Assembly: GCA_001776975.1 (NCBI GenBank)
Contig: MFCS01000029.1
Location: 1 to 58,045 of the forward strand
DNA from: Candidatus Daviesbacteria bacterium RIFCSPHIGHO2_01_FULL_41_45
Lineage (GTDB): Bacteria > Patescibacteriota > Microgenomatia > Daviesbacterales > UBA10151
Direction of reading: 5' to 3'
Length of the DNA: 58,045 nt
Part shown: positions 1-9,046 of the stretch, one piece after another
How the letters are laid out: each line of letters opens with the position of its first letter
How positions within the stretch are numbered: position 1 is the stretch's first letter
The notes under the pieces: model-generated
Database searches by the model: none
The model's input: only the letters and a program-made list of their open reading frames with translations
Told to the model about the DNA's origin: nothing
Position numbers and translations under genes: made by a program

Positions 1-2
1 TA

Positions 3-617
3 GACGCTAAGATTAAGCTTGACGATGATGCCAAATTTAGACATGAAGGTTGGGACTATTCGCCCAGACTAGCTCCTGGACACACCCCAACAACATCAGA
101 GATAGAGGCTAAAAAAATTGATGAGGGTGATTATCGGGGTACTGCCGGATCAGCTTATTTTGATTTGGATGGGGACATTGCTATTTTGTCTTCCGGTGGT
201 GGAGTATCCTTGACTGCCATGGATGCTTTGATTAAGTGTGGCGGTAAGCCGGCTAATTTTACTGAATACTCTGGTAATCCACCTCGGGAGAAGGTGGTGA
301 AATTAACCAAAATTGTTTTATCTAAATCAAACATTCATGGATTGTGGATTATTGGTACGGTAGCTGCTAATTTTACTGATATCTATGAAACATTAATGGG
401 GATTATCGATGGATTAAAAGAGGTGGAAAAAGAGCTCAATACGAAGTTTAATTTTCCGATTGTCATCAGGCGTGGTGGCCCTAGAGAAGATGAGGCATTT
501 GCAGCTCTAAGAGAGGTCAAAGATTTTAATTTAATCTTACAAGGAGAGGAGGTAAGTATCTCAGGGTCAGCTAAAGTAATGGCAGAGAAAGCTCAAGAAT
601 ATGCTAATAATTCCTAA
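3..617 (+). CDS. Succinyl-CoA synthetase beta-subunit-like protein (possible citryl-CoA synthetase large subunit), C-terminal part; 5' end outside the window
   Basis: Frame 3 is open from nt 3 (DAKIKLDDDAKFRHEGWDY...) and runs into track ORF 165..617. It has CoA-ligase-domain-like segments LSSGGGVSLTAMD and PIVIRRGG. Its stop overlaps the start of the alpha-subunit-like gene by 17 nt. Confidence 0.75.
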   Translation, partial: DAKIKLDDDAKFRHEGWDYSPRLAPGHTPTTSEIEAKKIDEGDYRGTAGSAYFDLDGDIAILSSGGGVSLTAMDALIKCGGKPANFTEYSGNPPREKVVKLTKIVLSKSNIHGLWIIGTVAANFTDIYETLMGIIDGLKEVEKELNTKFNFPIVIRRGGPREDEAFAALREVKDFNLILQGEEVSISGSAKVMAEKAQEYANNS

Positions 618-1500
618 GGGAGCAAAGGTTTTGGGTCAGGGAATTACCGGGTCAGAGGGATCCCGGGCGGTGCCGTGGATGAAGCAATATGGCACAAATT
701 TAGTAGCTGGTGTTACTCCTGGCAAGGGCGGGACTGAGGTTGAAGGAGTGCCAATTTATAACTCGGTGCAGGAGGCTGTTGAGGCTGTGGGGAGTATTGA
801 TGTAGCTATCCAATTTGTTCCAGCTAAGTTTATGAAAGCAGCCCTGATTGAGGCAGTAGATGCGGGAATAAAGTTACACATTATCCAGGCTGAGAAGGTG
901 CCAACCCAGGACACTGCTTTTGTGGTAGCTTATGCCAAGGGAAAAGGAGCTACCATTATTGGTCCCAACACCGCCGGATTAATCTCCCCTTCTAGGCAGT
1001 TAAAACTAGGATTAGTGGGGGGAGGAAACCCCACCAAGATGTTTATGCCTGGTAATATAGCCGTGCTTTCCAAGTCTGGCAGTATGGCAGCTGAGATCTC
1101 GCTCCAACTCAAAAAAGCCGGGTTGGGGGTCTCCTGGGCTATAGGTATTGGGGGGGATAGAATAATTGGCTCAGATTTTGTGGATTTGATGCTTGATTTA
1201 GAAGAGGATCCGGAAACAACAGCCTATGTATTGTTTGGTGAGCTAGGGGGGACTTATGAGGAGCGGGTGGCCGATTATGTAAAATCCGCTCAGATCAAAA
1301 AGCCAGTAGTTGCCTTTATCGCCGGCGAGTTTACAATGAAATTACCCTCCGATGTTCAATTTGGACACGCTGGTGCTATTATTGAGGGGGATAAAGGACG
1401 TCCTGATCACAAAAGACAGGTTTTAAGAGAGGCTGGGGTAAAGGTAGCAGATGATCTGGATCAGATAGTAGCACTTGTGAGAGAATCAATTAATGGCTAA
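601..1500 (+). CDS. Succinyl-CoA synthetase alpha-subunit-like protein (CoA-binding domain plus phosphohistidine loop)
   Basis: N-terminus [20 protein letters not shown] and GVTPGKGG match the SucD pattern. The FGHAGAII loop carries the catalytic His. It overlaps both neighbours (601-617 and 1493-1500). Confidence 0.85.
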   Translation: MLIIPKGAKVLGQGITGSEGSRAVPWMKQYGTNLVAGVTPGKGGTEVEGVPIYNSVQEAVEAVGSIDVAIQFVPAKFMKAALIEAVDAGIKLHIIQAEKVPTQDTAFVVAYAKGKGATIIGPNTAGLISPSRQLKLGLVGGGNPTKMFMPGNIAVLSKSGSMAAEISLQLKKAGLGVSWAIGIGGDRIIGSDFVDLMLDLEEDPETTAYVLFGELGGTYEERVADYVKSAQIKKPVVAFIAGEFTMKLPSDVQFGHAGAIIEGDKGRPDHKRQVLREAGVKVADDLDQIVALVRESING

Positions 1501-2116
1501 AACAGCGGACAATTTAGATTTATTAAATAGAGCAAGTTCTGTAAAGTTTTCAGATTTAATATTTGAGACTTTAAGTGAAAAGACTCCTACTGAGCAGGAG
1601 TCTAAACTGTTTGAGTTAATTTTAAACCTCTCAATTGACCATGGCCCGGATACTCCATCAGCAACTAAGGTAATTGAGACAGCTAAAAGTGGTCTGACTA
1701 TTAGTCAGGCTGTAGCAGCTGGGATTACCGAGATTAATGATACTCACGGTGGAGCAGCAGAGCCTTTGATGGAGATTCTGTATCAAATTCAAAGTTCAAA
1801 ATTCAAAGTTCAAAATTTAATAGAGGAATATTTAAGAGAAGGAAAGAGGTTGCCGGGGTTTGGGCACAGACTGTATAAGGATGTTGATCCAAGAGCGCAG
1901 TTAATTCTTACAAGTATAGAGTCTGAGTTTAAGGGGATTGTCTTAGAGATGGAATCAGAGCTGGAAAAACAAAAAGGAGTTAAGCTACCAATTAACATTG
2001 ATGGGGCTATAGCGGTAGTTTTATGCTCCTTTGGTTGGGAGCCAAGATTGGGGAAGGCAGTGTTTATTAGCTCACGAGCCTCCGGGTTGTGCACTCACTA
2101 TTTAAATAATAGTTGA
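1493..2116 (+). CDS. Short citrate-synthase-fold protein (citryl-CoA lyase-like, 207 aa)
   Basis: Citrate-synthase catalytic signatures are present: NDTHGGAAEP, GFGHRLYKDVDPRA and INIDGA. It is far shorter than a full citrate synthase. An 8-nt overlap suggests translational coupling to the SucD-like gene. Confidence 0.7.
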   Translation: MAKTADNLDLLNRASSVKFSDLIFETLSEKTPTEQESKLFELILNLSIDHGPDTPSATKVIETAKSGLTISQAVAAGITEINDTHGGAAEPLMEILYQIQSSKFKVQNLIEEYLREGKRLPGFGHRLYKDVDPRAQLILTSIESEFKGIVLEMESELEKQKGVKLPINIDGAIAVVLCSFGWEPRLGKAVFISSRASGLCTHYLNNS

Positions 2117-2142
2117 CAACTGCACCATTTTAGTAGTTCAAT
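2113..2142 (+). promoter_or_regulatory. Candidate sigma-70 promoter (TTGACA, 18-nt spacer, TTCAAT)
   Basis: Perfect -35 TTGACA at 2113-2118, overlapping the upstream stop codon. A 4/6 -10 match TTCAAT lies at 2137-2142. Confidence 0.35.
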
Positions 2143-2148
2143 ATACAG

Positions 2149-2257
2149 GTTAGATGAGTATCTTTGTTAGGCAATCGAATACATTTCACCCTAAACCCTG
2201 CATTTATGCAGGCGTTTCTGGTGTGTGATGTAGTGTGACTGCATCAAGCGCATCAGG
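2149..2257 (+). ncRNA. Unassigned structured RNA segment (small RNA or cis-regulatory 5' leader)
   Basis: Non-coding stretch between the candidate promoter and an intrinsic terminator. It contains the hairpin CCTGCA-TTTA-TGCAGG (about 2197-2212) and TGATG...CATCA. I recognise no known RNA family signature. Confidence 0.25.
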
Positions 2258-2281
2258 AACCGCCATGATAGGCGGTTTTTT
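2258..2281 (+). terminator. Intrinsic terminator
   Basis: Stem AACCGCC / GGCGGTT with loop ATGATA, followed by a run of six T. Confidence 0.6.
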
Positions 2282-2307
2282 GATGGTTTAGTAGAAAGGG
2301 AAAAATT

Positions 2308-2625
2308 ATGTCTATTGGTCCAGAATTTATAGCAGAAAATATGGGGTATTGGCTAAACTTGCCTGTTTTGATTGAGAGGAATAGATCCGACGAAACAGAG
2401 TTAATTCCTGGTGTTGTTTCTAGTATAGATCCAGGTAAGGGCAAGGTATTAATCAGGGGTTTAATTGAAGGGGTGGAATATGCTGCTCCTCTGGAGTTGT
2501 TACGATCTGGTCGAGCTTGGAGTAGGAAAGGACACTTAAGGTACAGTCTCTTACCTCAATCCAGAGGGTTTGTTTCTGATCGTGGTAGTGGTAGCTTGAT
2601 TCCTGGAAACTTGTGGGTAGAGTAA
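2308..2625 (+). CDS. Hypothetical protein (105 aa)
   Basis: ORF with a purine-rich GAAAGGGA stretch about 8 nt upstream of the ATG. No recognisable motif. Confidence 0.45.
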   Translation: MSIGPEFIAENMGYWLNLPVLIERNRSDETELIPGVVSSIDPGKGKVLIRGLIEGVEYAAPLELLRSGRAWSRKGHLRYSLLPQSRGFVSDRGSGSLIPGNLWVE

Positions 2626-2665
2626 GGGTTAAAAAGTTGTCTATTTCTGGTATACTCTCCTTGTT

Positions 2666-3658
2666 ATGAAAAGAATTTTAACTGGGGATCGGCCAACCTC
2701 CGGCAGTTTTCATTTGGGTAACTATGTTGGTTCTTTAAAAAATAGAGTTAATCTGCAGGACGAGTATGAGACATACATATTGGTGGCAGATCTACACGCC
2801 CTAACTACCCACTTTAATAAAACAGAGACTATCCGAGAAAATATTAAGGGTCTAATGTTGGGGTATCTATCTATTGGGTTAGACCCTCAAAAGGTAACAT
2901 TTGTGCTTCAATCTGGCATACCGGAGGTGACAGAATTAGCTTATTACTTAGGAACTATTACCCAAAGGTCAGTATTAGAAAGACAGCCGGCATTAAAGGA
3001 AAAACTAGACCAAGGCGCACAAGATACCTTTGCCCTATATTCTTATCCAGTATTAATGGCAGCAGATATATTGTTACCTAAGGCCAACTTAGTTCCAGTA
3101 GGCAAGGATCAAAAAGCTCATGTAGAGTTTGCCCGGGATATTGCTATTAAGTTTAACAACTTATTCGGTGAAACCTTCCCTATACCAGAGCCTTTAATTG
3201 GTGAGGTGTCAACTCTGCTAGGTACTGATGGGCAATCTAAGATGGGAAAATCTTTGGGTAATGCTATTTTTTTAACTGATTTTACTGAAGAGGTGGAAAA
3301 GAAGGTGATGAGTATGTATACCGACCCTAATAGAGTTCACCCAACAGATCCTGGTAATGTTGAAGGAAATCCGGTCTTTATCTATCTGGATGCTTTTGCT
3401 GAGGATAAAAACAAAGAACCGATAAGCGATTTTAAAAAGCGCTATGAGACAGGACAGGTAGGAGATGTTGAGGTTAAAAAGTACCTGATACAAGTTTTAA
3501 ACAATTTCCTGGATCCAATACGCACAAAGCGTGCTGAGTTTGAGAGTCATCCAGAGCTAGTGATGAGAATTCTTAAAGAGGGAACCCAAAAAGCCAGAAT
3601 TGAGGCTCAAAAAACACTGAGTGAAGTTAAAAAAGCCATGAAGTTAGATTACTTCTAG
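2666..3658 (+). CDS. trpS: Tryptophanyl-tRNA synthetase
   Basis: Class I signatures: GSFHLGNY (HIGH-like) and KMGKSLGN (KMSKS). The 330-aa size and overall pattern are typical of TrpS. Confidence 0.9.
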   Translation: MKRILTGDRPTSGSFHLGNYVGSLKNRVNLQDEYETYILVADLHALTTHFNKTETIRENIKGLMLGYLSIGLDPQKVTFVLQSGIPEVTELAYYLGTITQRSVLERQPALKEKLDQGAQDTFALYSYPVLMAADILLPKANLVPVGKDQKAHVEFARDIAIKFNNLFGETFPIPEPLIGEVSTLLGTDGQSKMGKSLGNAIFLTDFTEEVEKKVMSMYTDPNRVHPTDPGNVEGNPVFIYLDAFAEDKNKEPISDFKKRYETGQVGDVEVKKYLIQVLNNFLDPIRTKRAEFESHPELVMRILKEGTQKARIEAQKTLSEVKKAMKLDYF

Positions 3659-3668
3659 ATTAAATAAG

Positions 3669-4007
3669 ATGATCTCCTATGATGATTTTGCCAAATGTGA
3701 GTTTAGAGTAGGGACGGTTGTTTTGGCTGAGGAGATTGTTGGATCAGATAAACTATTAAAACTACAGGTGGATTTTAAAGAAGAGCAGTTAAGACAGATT
3801 CTCTCGGGAATTAAACAGTGGTATAAGCCATCCCAGCTAATAGGCAAACAATTTGTTTTTATTACCAATTTAGAGCCAAGGGTGATGATGGGGTTAGAAT
3901 CAAAGGGGATGATTCTTTGTGCTGACCTTTCGACAGACTTAGGGCAAGCAAAACCCATTCCTTTAAAGCCCACCTCTAAGGTGCTGCCTGGAACAAGAAT
4001 CAGGTAA
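3669..4007 (+). CDS. tRNA-binding domain protein (CsaA/Trbp111-like OB fold)
   Basis: FAKCEFRVGTVVLAEEIVGSDKLLKLQVDF is the typical N-terminal pattern of stand-alone tRNA-binding domains. It lies adjacent to trpS. Confidence 0.75.
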   Translation: MISYDDFAKCEFRVGTVVLAEEIVGSDKLLKLQVDFKEEQLRQILSGIKQWYKPSQLIGKQFVFITNLEPRVMMGLESKGMILCADLSTDLGQAKPIPLKPTSKVLPGTRIR

Positions 4008-4049
4008 TACACTTGTGGTGGGGTGTAATCTGGTATAATCTCCAAGCTC

Positions 4050-5933
4050 ATGGCAAACGGTAGAAAGAAGTTTCCCCAAACAAGATTAGTTAATCTCTTA
4101 AAAGGGATGGGGGTCTATGTATTAGTTGGTCTGGCTGCACTGCTATTTTTTACTAACCTCTCAGGCGGAACGAGTGGTGGTGGAGATCAGGTTCCGATAT
4201 CTAAAATTGTTACTGATATTAAAGATGGCAAAGTAGATAAACTTGAGCTGGAAAACGAACGAATTGTAGTTTTCTATAAAGGAGATAATAAGCAGGTAAT
4301 CTCCCGTAAAGAAGCAGGAGAGTCTATCTATAAGATCTTGGAGTCATCTGGTGTTGATCCAAAAACTGTTGGCATTGAGGTTAAAGACACCTCGCTGCAG
4401 CAAGCTTGGATGTCAATCCTCGGCACACTACTACCAATAATACTGATGGTGGTATTTTTCTTTTTTATCTTCCGCCAAGCCAAAGATGCCGGTAGTTCAA
4501 TCTTCTCTTTTGGACAATCTAAAGCCAAAGTTTTTTCTAAAGACGCTCCGCAGATCAAATTTACTGATGTGGCTGGTGTTGAGGATTCCAAAAAAGAGCT
4601 GCAGGAAGTGGTGGAGTTTTTAAAGACTCCCGAGAAGTTTAAGGCTTTGGGAGCTAGAACTCCCAAAGGAGTGTTGTTAGTAGGGCCAGCGGGTGTAGGC
4701 AAAACTCTTTTAGCCAGGGCAGTAGCTGGGGAGGCTGGGGTACCATTTTTCTCGATTGCTGGATCAGAATTTATGGAGATATTGGTAGGGGTAGGAGCAG
4801 CTAGGGTTAGGGATATGTTTGCCACCGCCAAAAAATCTGCCCCCTCAATTATCTTTATAGATGAGATTGAGAGTATTGGTAGACAAAGAGGGATGGGAGG
4901 ATTTTCTGGTGGACACGATGAGCGTGAGCAGACGCTAAACCAGATTTTAGTCGAGATGGATGGCTTCAGCCCTAACGAAGCGGTGATTGTGATTGGGGCT
5001 ACCAACCGTCCAGACATGCTTGATGTTGCTTTAATTAGACCCGGCCGTTTTGACCGTCGGGTTACCTTGGGTTATCCGGATTTGGAAGAACGTAAGGCGA
5101 TCATTAGTATTCATATGAGAAACAAACCTTTTGAAAAAGATGTAAACATGGAACGGATTGCCCGCCGGACGATAGGCTTTACTGGCGCTGATTTGGCAAA
5201 CATGTTAAATGAAGCAGCTATCTTGGCTGCCCGTGAAGATAAAAAAGCTATTGATAATCAGGACTTGGAAGAGGCTGCCACTAAGGTTAAGTTGGGACCG
5301 CAAAGGAAGAGATTACAGTCCGATGAAGACCGAAAATTAGCTGCTTATCATGAGGCTGGCCACGCTGTTGTGGGACATTACTCACCTCATGTTGACCCAG
5401 TGCATCGGGTGACGATCGTGGCGCGGAGTATGAGTGGCGGACATACCTCTTTTCCTCCCACCCATGATAGAAACAATGAGTCAAGATCAAGGTTGCTAGA
5501 CCAGATAGCTACAGCCATGGGAGGACAGGCAGCGGAGAAGCTAGTCTTAAAAGATATCTCTACTGGTGCCTCTTCAGACTTGGAGATCGCTACCTCAATC
5601 GCTCGGGCTATGGTCATGGATTATGGGATGAGTAATTTGGGTCCGATATCGGTGGGATCAAAATCCACCTTTGGTTGGATGAGGATGGCGGATGAGGGGG
5701 GTAGCATCTCAACAGAGATGTTAAATAGGATTGATATAGAGGTCAAGAGGATCTTGGATGAAGGGTATAAACAAGCTGAAGGGATACTAAAAAGACACCG
5801 AACCAAGCTGGATAAAGTAGCCAAAGCCCTACTGGAGATAGAGACATTGGACACAGAGGAGTTTGAAAAAATTGTTGGCAAGAAACTAATTCCCCAAGGA
5901 ATTTCTACCACCCCTTCTCCGGTATTAAGTTAA
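4050..5933 (+). CDS. ftsH: ATP-dependent zinc metalloprotease FtsH
   Basis: Two N-terminal TM segments. Walker A GPAGVGKT, Walker B IIFIDEIE, the second region of homology, and the HEAGHA zinc motif. Confidence 0.95.
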   Translation: MANGRKKFPQTRLVNLLKGMGVYVLVGLAALLFFTNLSGGTSGGGDQVPISKIVTDIKDGKVDKLELENERIVVFYKGDNKQVISRKEAGESIYKILESSGVDPKTVGIEVKDTSLQQAWMSILGTLLPIILMVVFFFFIFRQAKDAGSSIFSFGQSKAKVFSKDAPQIKFTDVAGVEDSKKELQEVVEFLKTPEKFKALGARTPKGVLLVGPAGVGKTLLARAVAGEAGVPFFSIAGSEFMEILVGVGAARVRDMFATAKKSAPSIIFIDEIESIGRQRGMGGFSGGHDEREQTLNQILVEMDGFSPNEAVIVIGATNRPDMLDVALIRPGRFDRRVTLGYPDLEERKAIISIHMRNKPFEKDVNMERIARRTIGFTGADLANMLNEAAILAAREDKKAIDNQDLEEAATKVKLGPQRKRLQSDEDRKLAAYHEAGHAVVGHYSPHVDPVHRVTIVARSMSGGHTSFPPTHDRNNESRSRLLDQIATAMGGQAAEKLVLKDISTGASSDLEIATSIARAMVMDYGMSNLGPISVGSKSTFGWMRMADEGGSISTEMLNRIDIEVKRILDEGYKQAEGILKRHRTKLDKVAKALLEIETLDTEEFEKIVGKKLIPQGISTTPSPVLS

Positions 5934-5963
5934 TTGTCTAAATGATATGTGATCCGTTATAAT
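5934..5963 (+). promoter_or_regulatory. Candidate promoter of polA (TTGTCT, 18-nt spacer, TATAAT)
   Basis: TTGTCT at 5934-5939 and a perfect TATAAT at 5958-5963, 20 nt upstream of the polA ATG. Confidence 0.4.
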
Positions 5964-5983
5964 CGTGAGACGATTACAAATAC

Positions 5984-8125
5984 ATGAAAAAATTGGTCTT
6001 GATTGATGGAAACGCGCTATTACATCGGGCCTATCACGCCACTCCGCCACTGACCACCTCCAAAGGTGAGCTAGTTAATGCTGTTTATGGGTTTACGCTA
6101 CTTTTGCTTAAGGCAATTGATGATCTAAAGCCAGATTATATCGCTGTGGCTTGGGATATGAAGGCGCCCACCTTTAGGCACACTCAATATGCAGAGTATA
6201 AAGGCAAAAGGATCGCAGCTGATGAAGCATTGAGTAAACAATATGATCGAGTATTTGAAGTCCTCAAAAACTTTTCCATCCCCGAGTTTAAACTTCCTGG
6301 ATTTGAAGCGGACGATCTAATAGGGGCTTTAGCTAAGCAGGCAGTCAAAAAAGACAGCTCTTTGGAGGTAGTTATCTTAACTGGTGATAAGGATATTATG
6401 CAGCTGATTAATGCCCATGTTAAGGTGATGATGCCTAGAAAAACTATTCAGGATGTCGGTTTGTATGGAGAGGAGGAGTTTAGATTGAGGTTTGGCTTTT
6501 CACCAATTTTACTAATTGACTACAAGGCATTAGCTGGAGATAACTCGGACAATATCCCCGGCGTGCCTGGAATAGGGGAGGTTAGCGCTACTAAGTTAAT
6601 CCAAAAATATGGCTCTTTTGAGGGTATTTATGCTCACTTAGCTGAATTGCCAGATAGAACGAGAAAGCTATTGGAGGAAGGTAAGGAGATGGGGGTGAAA
6701 AGTAAACACTTGGCCACGATTGAAACGGAGATTCCCATCAAGTTAGATCTACAATCTTGCCTGGTTCATGAATTTGATCATTCTAAAGTGATCAGTTTAT
6801 TTACAGAGCTAGAATTTAAAAGTTTAATAAAGCGAATTCCTGGCATATCAACTGTTTTAGCGGACACTCCAACCAGTCAAAATAGTGGAGTGACTGCAGA
6901 TCTCGATCGTCAAGTGGGTAAGGTTTTAAAAAAAATGTCGGAACATGGCGTACTGTTAGATTTGCAGTTTTTGAATAGACTTGGTAAGGATTTAAAGGCC
7001 CAATTAGAGAGTATTGAATCTCAAATTTACTCACAAGTTGGCCATCAGTTTAATCTTAACAGCCCAAAACAACTATCAGTAGTCTTATTTGATGATCTAA
7101 AGTTACCAGTTATTAAAAAAACTAAAACTGGCAGGAGCACCAATGAGGAAACATTGATGGAGCTGTCAAACGCTCATCCAGTAGTCCCGTTGTTGTTGAA
7201 ATATCGGCAGCTGTTTAAGTTGGTATCCACCTATATCGATGCTCTGCCTCGGTATGTGGCTCAAGATAAAAGAGTGCACTCAACCTTTAATGTAGAAGGG
7301 GCAGCTACCGGAAGATTGTCCTCTCAGGATCCTAATTTACAAAATATTCCTATCCGGGGCACCCTCGGCGCCGAGATCAGAAAAACCTTTGTAGCTCCTA
7401 GAGGAAGAATTTTACTCGGAGTAGATTACTCACAAATAGACCTGCGGATTATGGCGCATTTGGCGGATGATCCAGGCTTAAAATCTGCTTTTCAGCAGGG
7501 AGTTGATATTCATGCGGTGACTGCGGCGAGAATATTTAAAGTTCCACTTGAGGAGGTTACTAAAGAACAGCGGGGGGTGGGAAAAACCATGAACTTTGCC
7601 ACTCTATATGGCCAAGGACCGCACGCCTTATCAAAGCAATTGGGGGTAGATTATGCAACTGCGAAAGGATATATCGATCTGTACTTCAATGAGTTTCCTA
7701 ATGTTAAAGCCTGGATGCAAAAAACCCTGGAAAGAGCCTATCAGGATGGGTATGTTGAGACTTTGTGGGGGAGAAGAAGGTTTATTCCTGAGTTGCAGGC
7801 ATCCAATCGGATGATGAAATCATACGGAGAGCGGGCAGCGGTTAATCATCCGGTTCAAGGGACGTCGGCAGATATGATTAAACAAGCGATGGTAAAAATT
7901 GACGCTGTGTTTACTAAGAAAAAACTTGACTGTATTTTAATTTTACAGATTCATGATGAGTTGTTATTTGAATGTGATCCAGCCTGTCTGGAGGATGCAG
8001 CTTATATAATTCGCGAAGAGATGGAGAGCTCCCTAGAGCTTTCAGTACCAGTGGTAGCAGAGATTAAAAGTGGTCCCAATTGGGGTGAGATGGTGTCTTT
8101 AAAAATTGAACAGCTAAAGACTTAA
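5984..8125 (+). CDS. polA: DNA polymerase I, short form (5' nuclease plus polymerase domain; no 3'-5' exonuclease-type middle domain)
   Basis: 5' nuclease N-terminus MKKLVLIDGNALLHRAYHA. Pol motif A VDYSQIDLRIMAH, motif B GKTMNFATLYG, motif C LQIHDELLFE. Only about 15-20 residues link the nuclease to the start of the polymerase domain. Confidence 0.9.
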   Translation: MKKLVLIDGNALLHRAYHATPPLTTSKGELVNAVYGFTLLLLKAIDDLKPDYIAVAWDMKAPTFRHTQYAEYKGKRIAADEALSKQYDRVFEVLKNFSIPEFKLPGFEADDLIGALAKQAVKKDSSLEVVILTGDKDIMQLINAHVKVMMPRKTIQDVGLYGEEEFRLRFGFSPILLIDYKALAGDNSDNIPGVPGIGEVSATKLIQKYGSFEGIYAHLAELPDRTRKLLEEGKEMGVKSKHLATIETEIPIKLDLQSCLVHEFDHSKVISLFTELEFKSLIKRIPGISTVLADTPTSQNSGVTADLDRQVGKVLKKMSEHGVLLDLQFLNRLGKDLKAQLESIESQIYSQVGHQFNLNSPKQLSVVLFDDLKLPVIKKTKTGRSTNEETLMELSNAHPVVPLLLKYRQLFKLVSTYIDALPRYVAQDKRVHSTFNVEGAATGRLSSQDPNLQNIPIRGTLGAEIRKTFVAPRGRILLGVDYSQIDLRIMAHLADDPGLKSAFQQGVDIHAVTAARIFKVPLEEVTKEQRGVGKTMNFATLYGQGPHALSKQLGVDYATAKGYIDLYFNEFPNVKAWMQKTLERAYQDGYVETLWGRRRFIPELQASNRMMKSYGERAAVNHPVQGTSADMIKQAMVKIDAVFTKKKLDCILILQIHDELLFECDPACLEDAAYIIREEMESSLELSVPVVAEIKSGPNWGEMVSLKIEQLKT

Positions 8126-9001
8126 TTTCTTAACATCTCTTTTTTCAATTGTGAATTTAGTGTACCCAGTTTTTTCGAGGATCAAAAAAGTCAACCAGAG
8201 TAATGGAGAAACCAAGAGAGACAATAAGGAACTAAGAGAGTTTAGAGAAAGAAAAAATAACCCAGTTAGTGCCAGAGGAATAAAATCTTTATACGGATTT
8301 ATTAAGCTATCAATTTGTGATTGTAGTGCTGTTTTCATAAGATTCGTACCTGGATTGCGGTTAGTTTGAGAAGCGGTTGGTTTATCAAGCTGATCCAGAA
8401 CTTTAGGATCTAGACCATATTGTTTAAGCATCTCAGGATTTTGACGCAGGAGCTGAGTCTGTTCGGACTCAGATGATGTCTGAGGTGCCAATTGCAGAGC
8501 CTGATCTATTAAAGAATCAGGCAGTTTAAATCCTTGGGATTTTAGGTGAAGTGTTGTTAGTTGGTAATAGGCCAGAGAGCTGGTCAAGATAACTAAGGCA
8601 ATTAATAATTTTACAAGGGGAGCTAACAACTCAGTCGGCTGAAAAGTTAAGTAACTTGTTAGCTTGGGGGAGAGGAGCACAAAGCTAACAAGCAAAGATA
8701 TAATTAAACAAACAGTTGCTAGATAATTTGCTGGCGCTGTCAGGACAAAAAGCGCGGTTAATCCCAGTAATATTACAGCAGGTAGGATAAATTTCCAGTC
8801 ATTTGCTAGGGTAGCAAAAATTATATAGCAAGTAGATCCTAATATTAAAAATCCTAAGACCCAAATTAGTTTTATAAAGTTACTAAAGTTTAGGGAAAAT
8901 AATAAGTATGGATCGGTTATAAAGTTTTGGATGGACCAAAAGAATAATAGAAAAAAAACTAAGGCAGGGATAATAAAAAAGATCTTTTTGGCTAGTTCCA
9001 T
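8114..9001 (-). CDS. Polytopic membrane protein, function unknown
   Basis: 295-aa ORF with several hydrophobic segments and a polar central loop. Its 3' end overlaps polA by 12 nt. Confidence 0.55.
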   Translation of the reverse strand: MELAKKIFFIIPALVFFLLFFWSIQNFITDPYLLFSLNFSNFIKLIWVLGFLILGSTCYIIFATLANDWKFILPAVILLGLTALFVLTAPANYLATVCLIISLLVSFVLLSPKLTSYLTFQPTELLAPLVKLLIALVILTSSLAYYQLTTLHLKSQGFKLPDSLIDQALQLAPQTSSESEQTQLLRQNPEMLKQYGLDPKVLDQLDKPTASQTNRNPGTNLMKTALQSQIDSLINPYKDFIPLALTGLFFLSLNSLSSLLSLLVSPLLWLTFLILEKTGYTKFTIEKRDVKKLSL

Positions 9002-9003
9002 CT

Positions 9004-9022
9004 AAATAGTGTAGCACTATTT
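9004..9022. repeat. Perfect inverted repeat AAATAGTG-TAG-CACTATTT in a divergent promoter region
   Basis: 8-nt arms (9004-9011 and 9015-9022) are exact reverse complements. The repeat sits between the divergent starts at 9001 (-) and 9047 (+). Confidence 0.5.
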
Positions 9023-9046
9023 ACCATAGTCAGGTACAATTCTTAT

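Noticed and set aside
2117-2665. Possible T-box riboswitch upstream of trpS
   Set aside because: The conserved T-box sequence (AGGGTGGTACCGCG-like) and a specifier-loop arrangement are absent. An ORF also separates the terminator from trpS, which has its own -10 element at 2651-2656.
4328-5911. Antisense ORFs within ftsH (4328..5017, 5287..5490, 5387..5617, 5621..5911). Similar antisense or out-of-frame ORFs occur inside other confident genes (for example 930..1112, 1810..2094, 12332..12688, 22700..23023, 42016..42309).
   Set aside because: They overlap genes with strong family signatures on the other strand or frame, and have no independent support.
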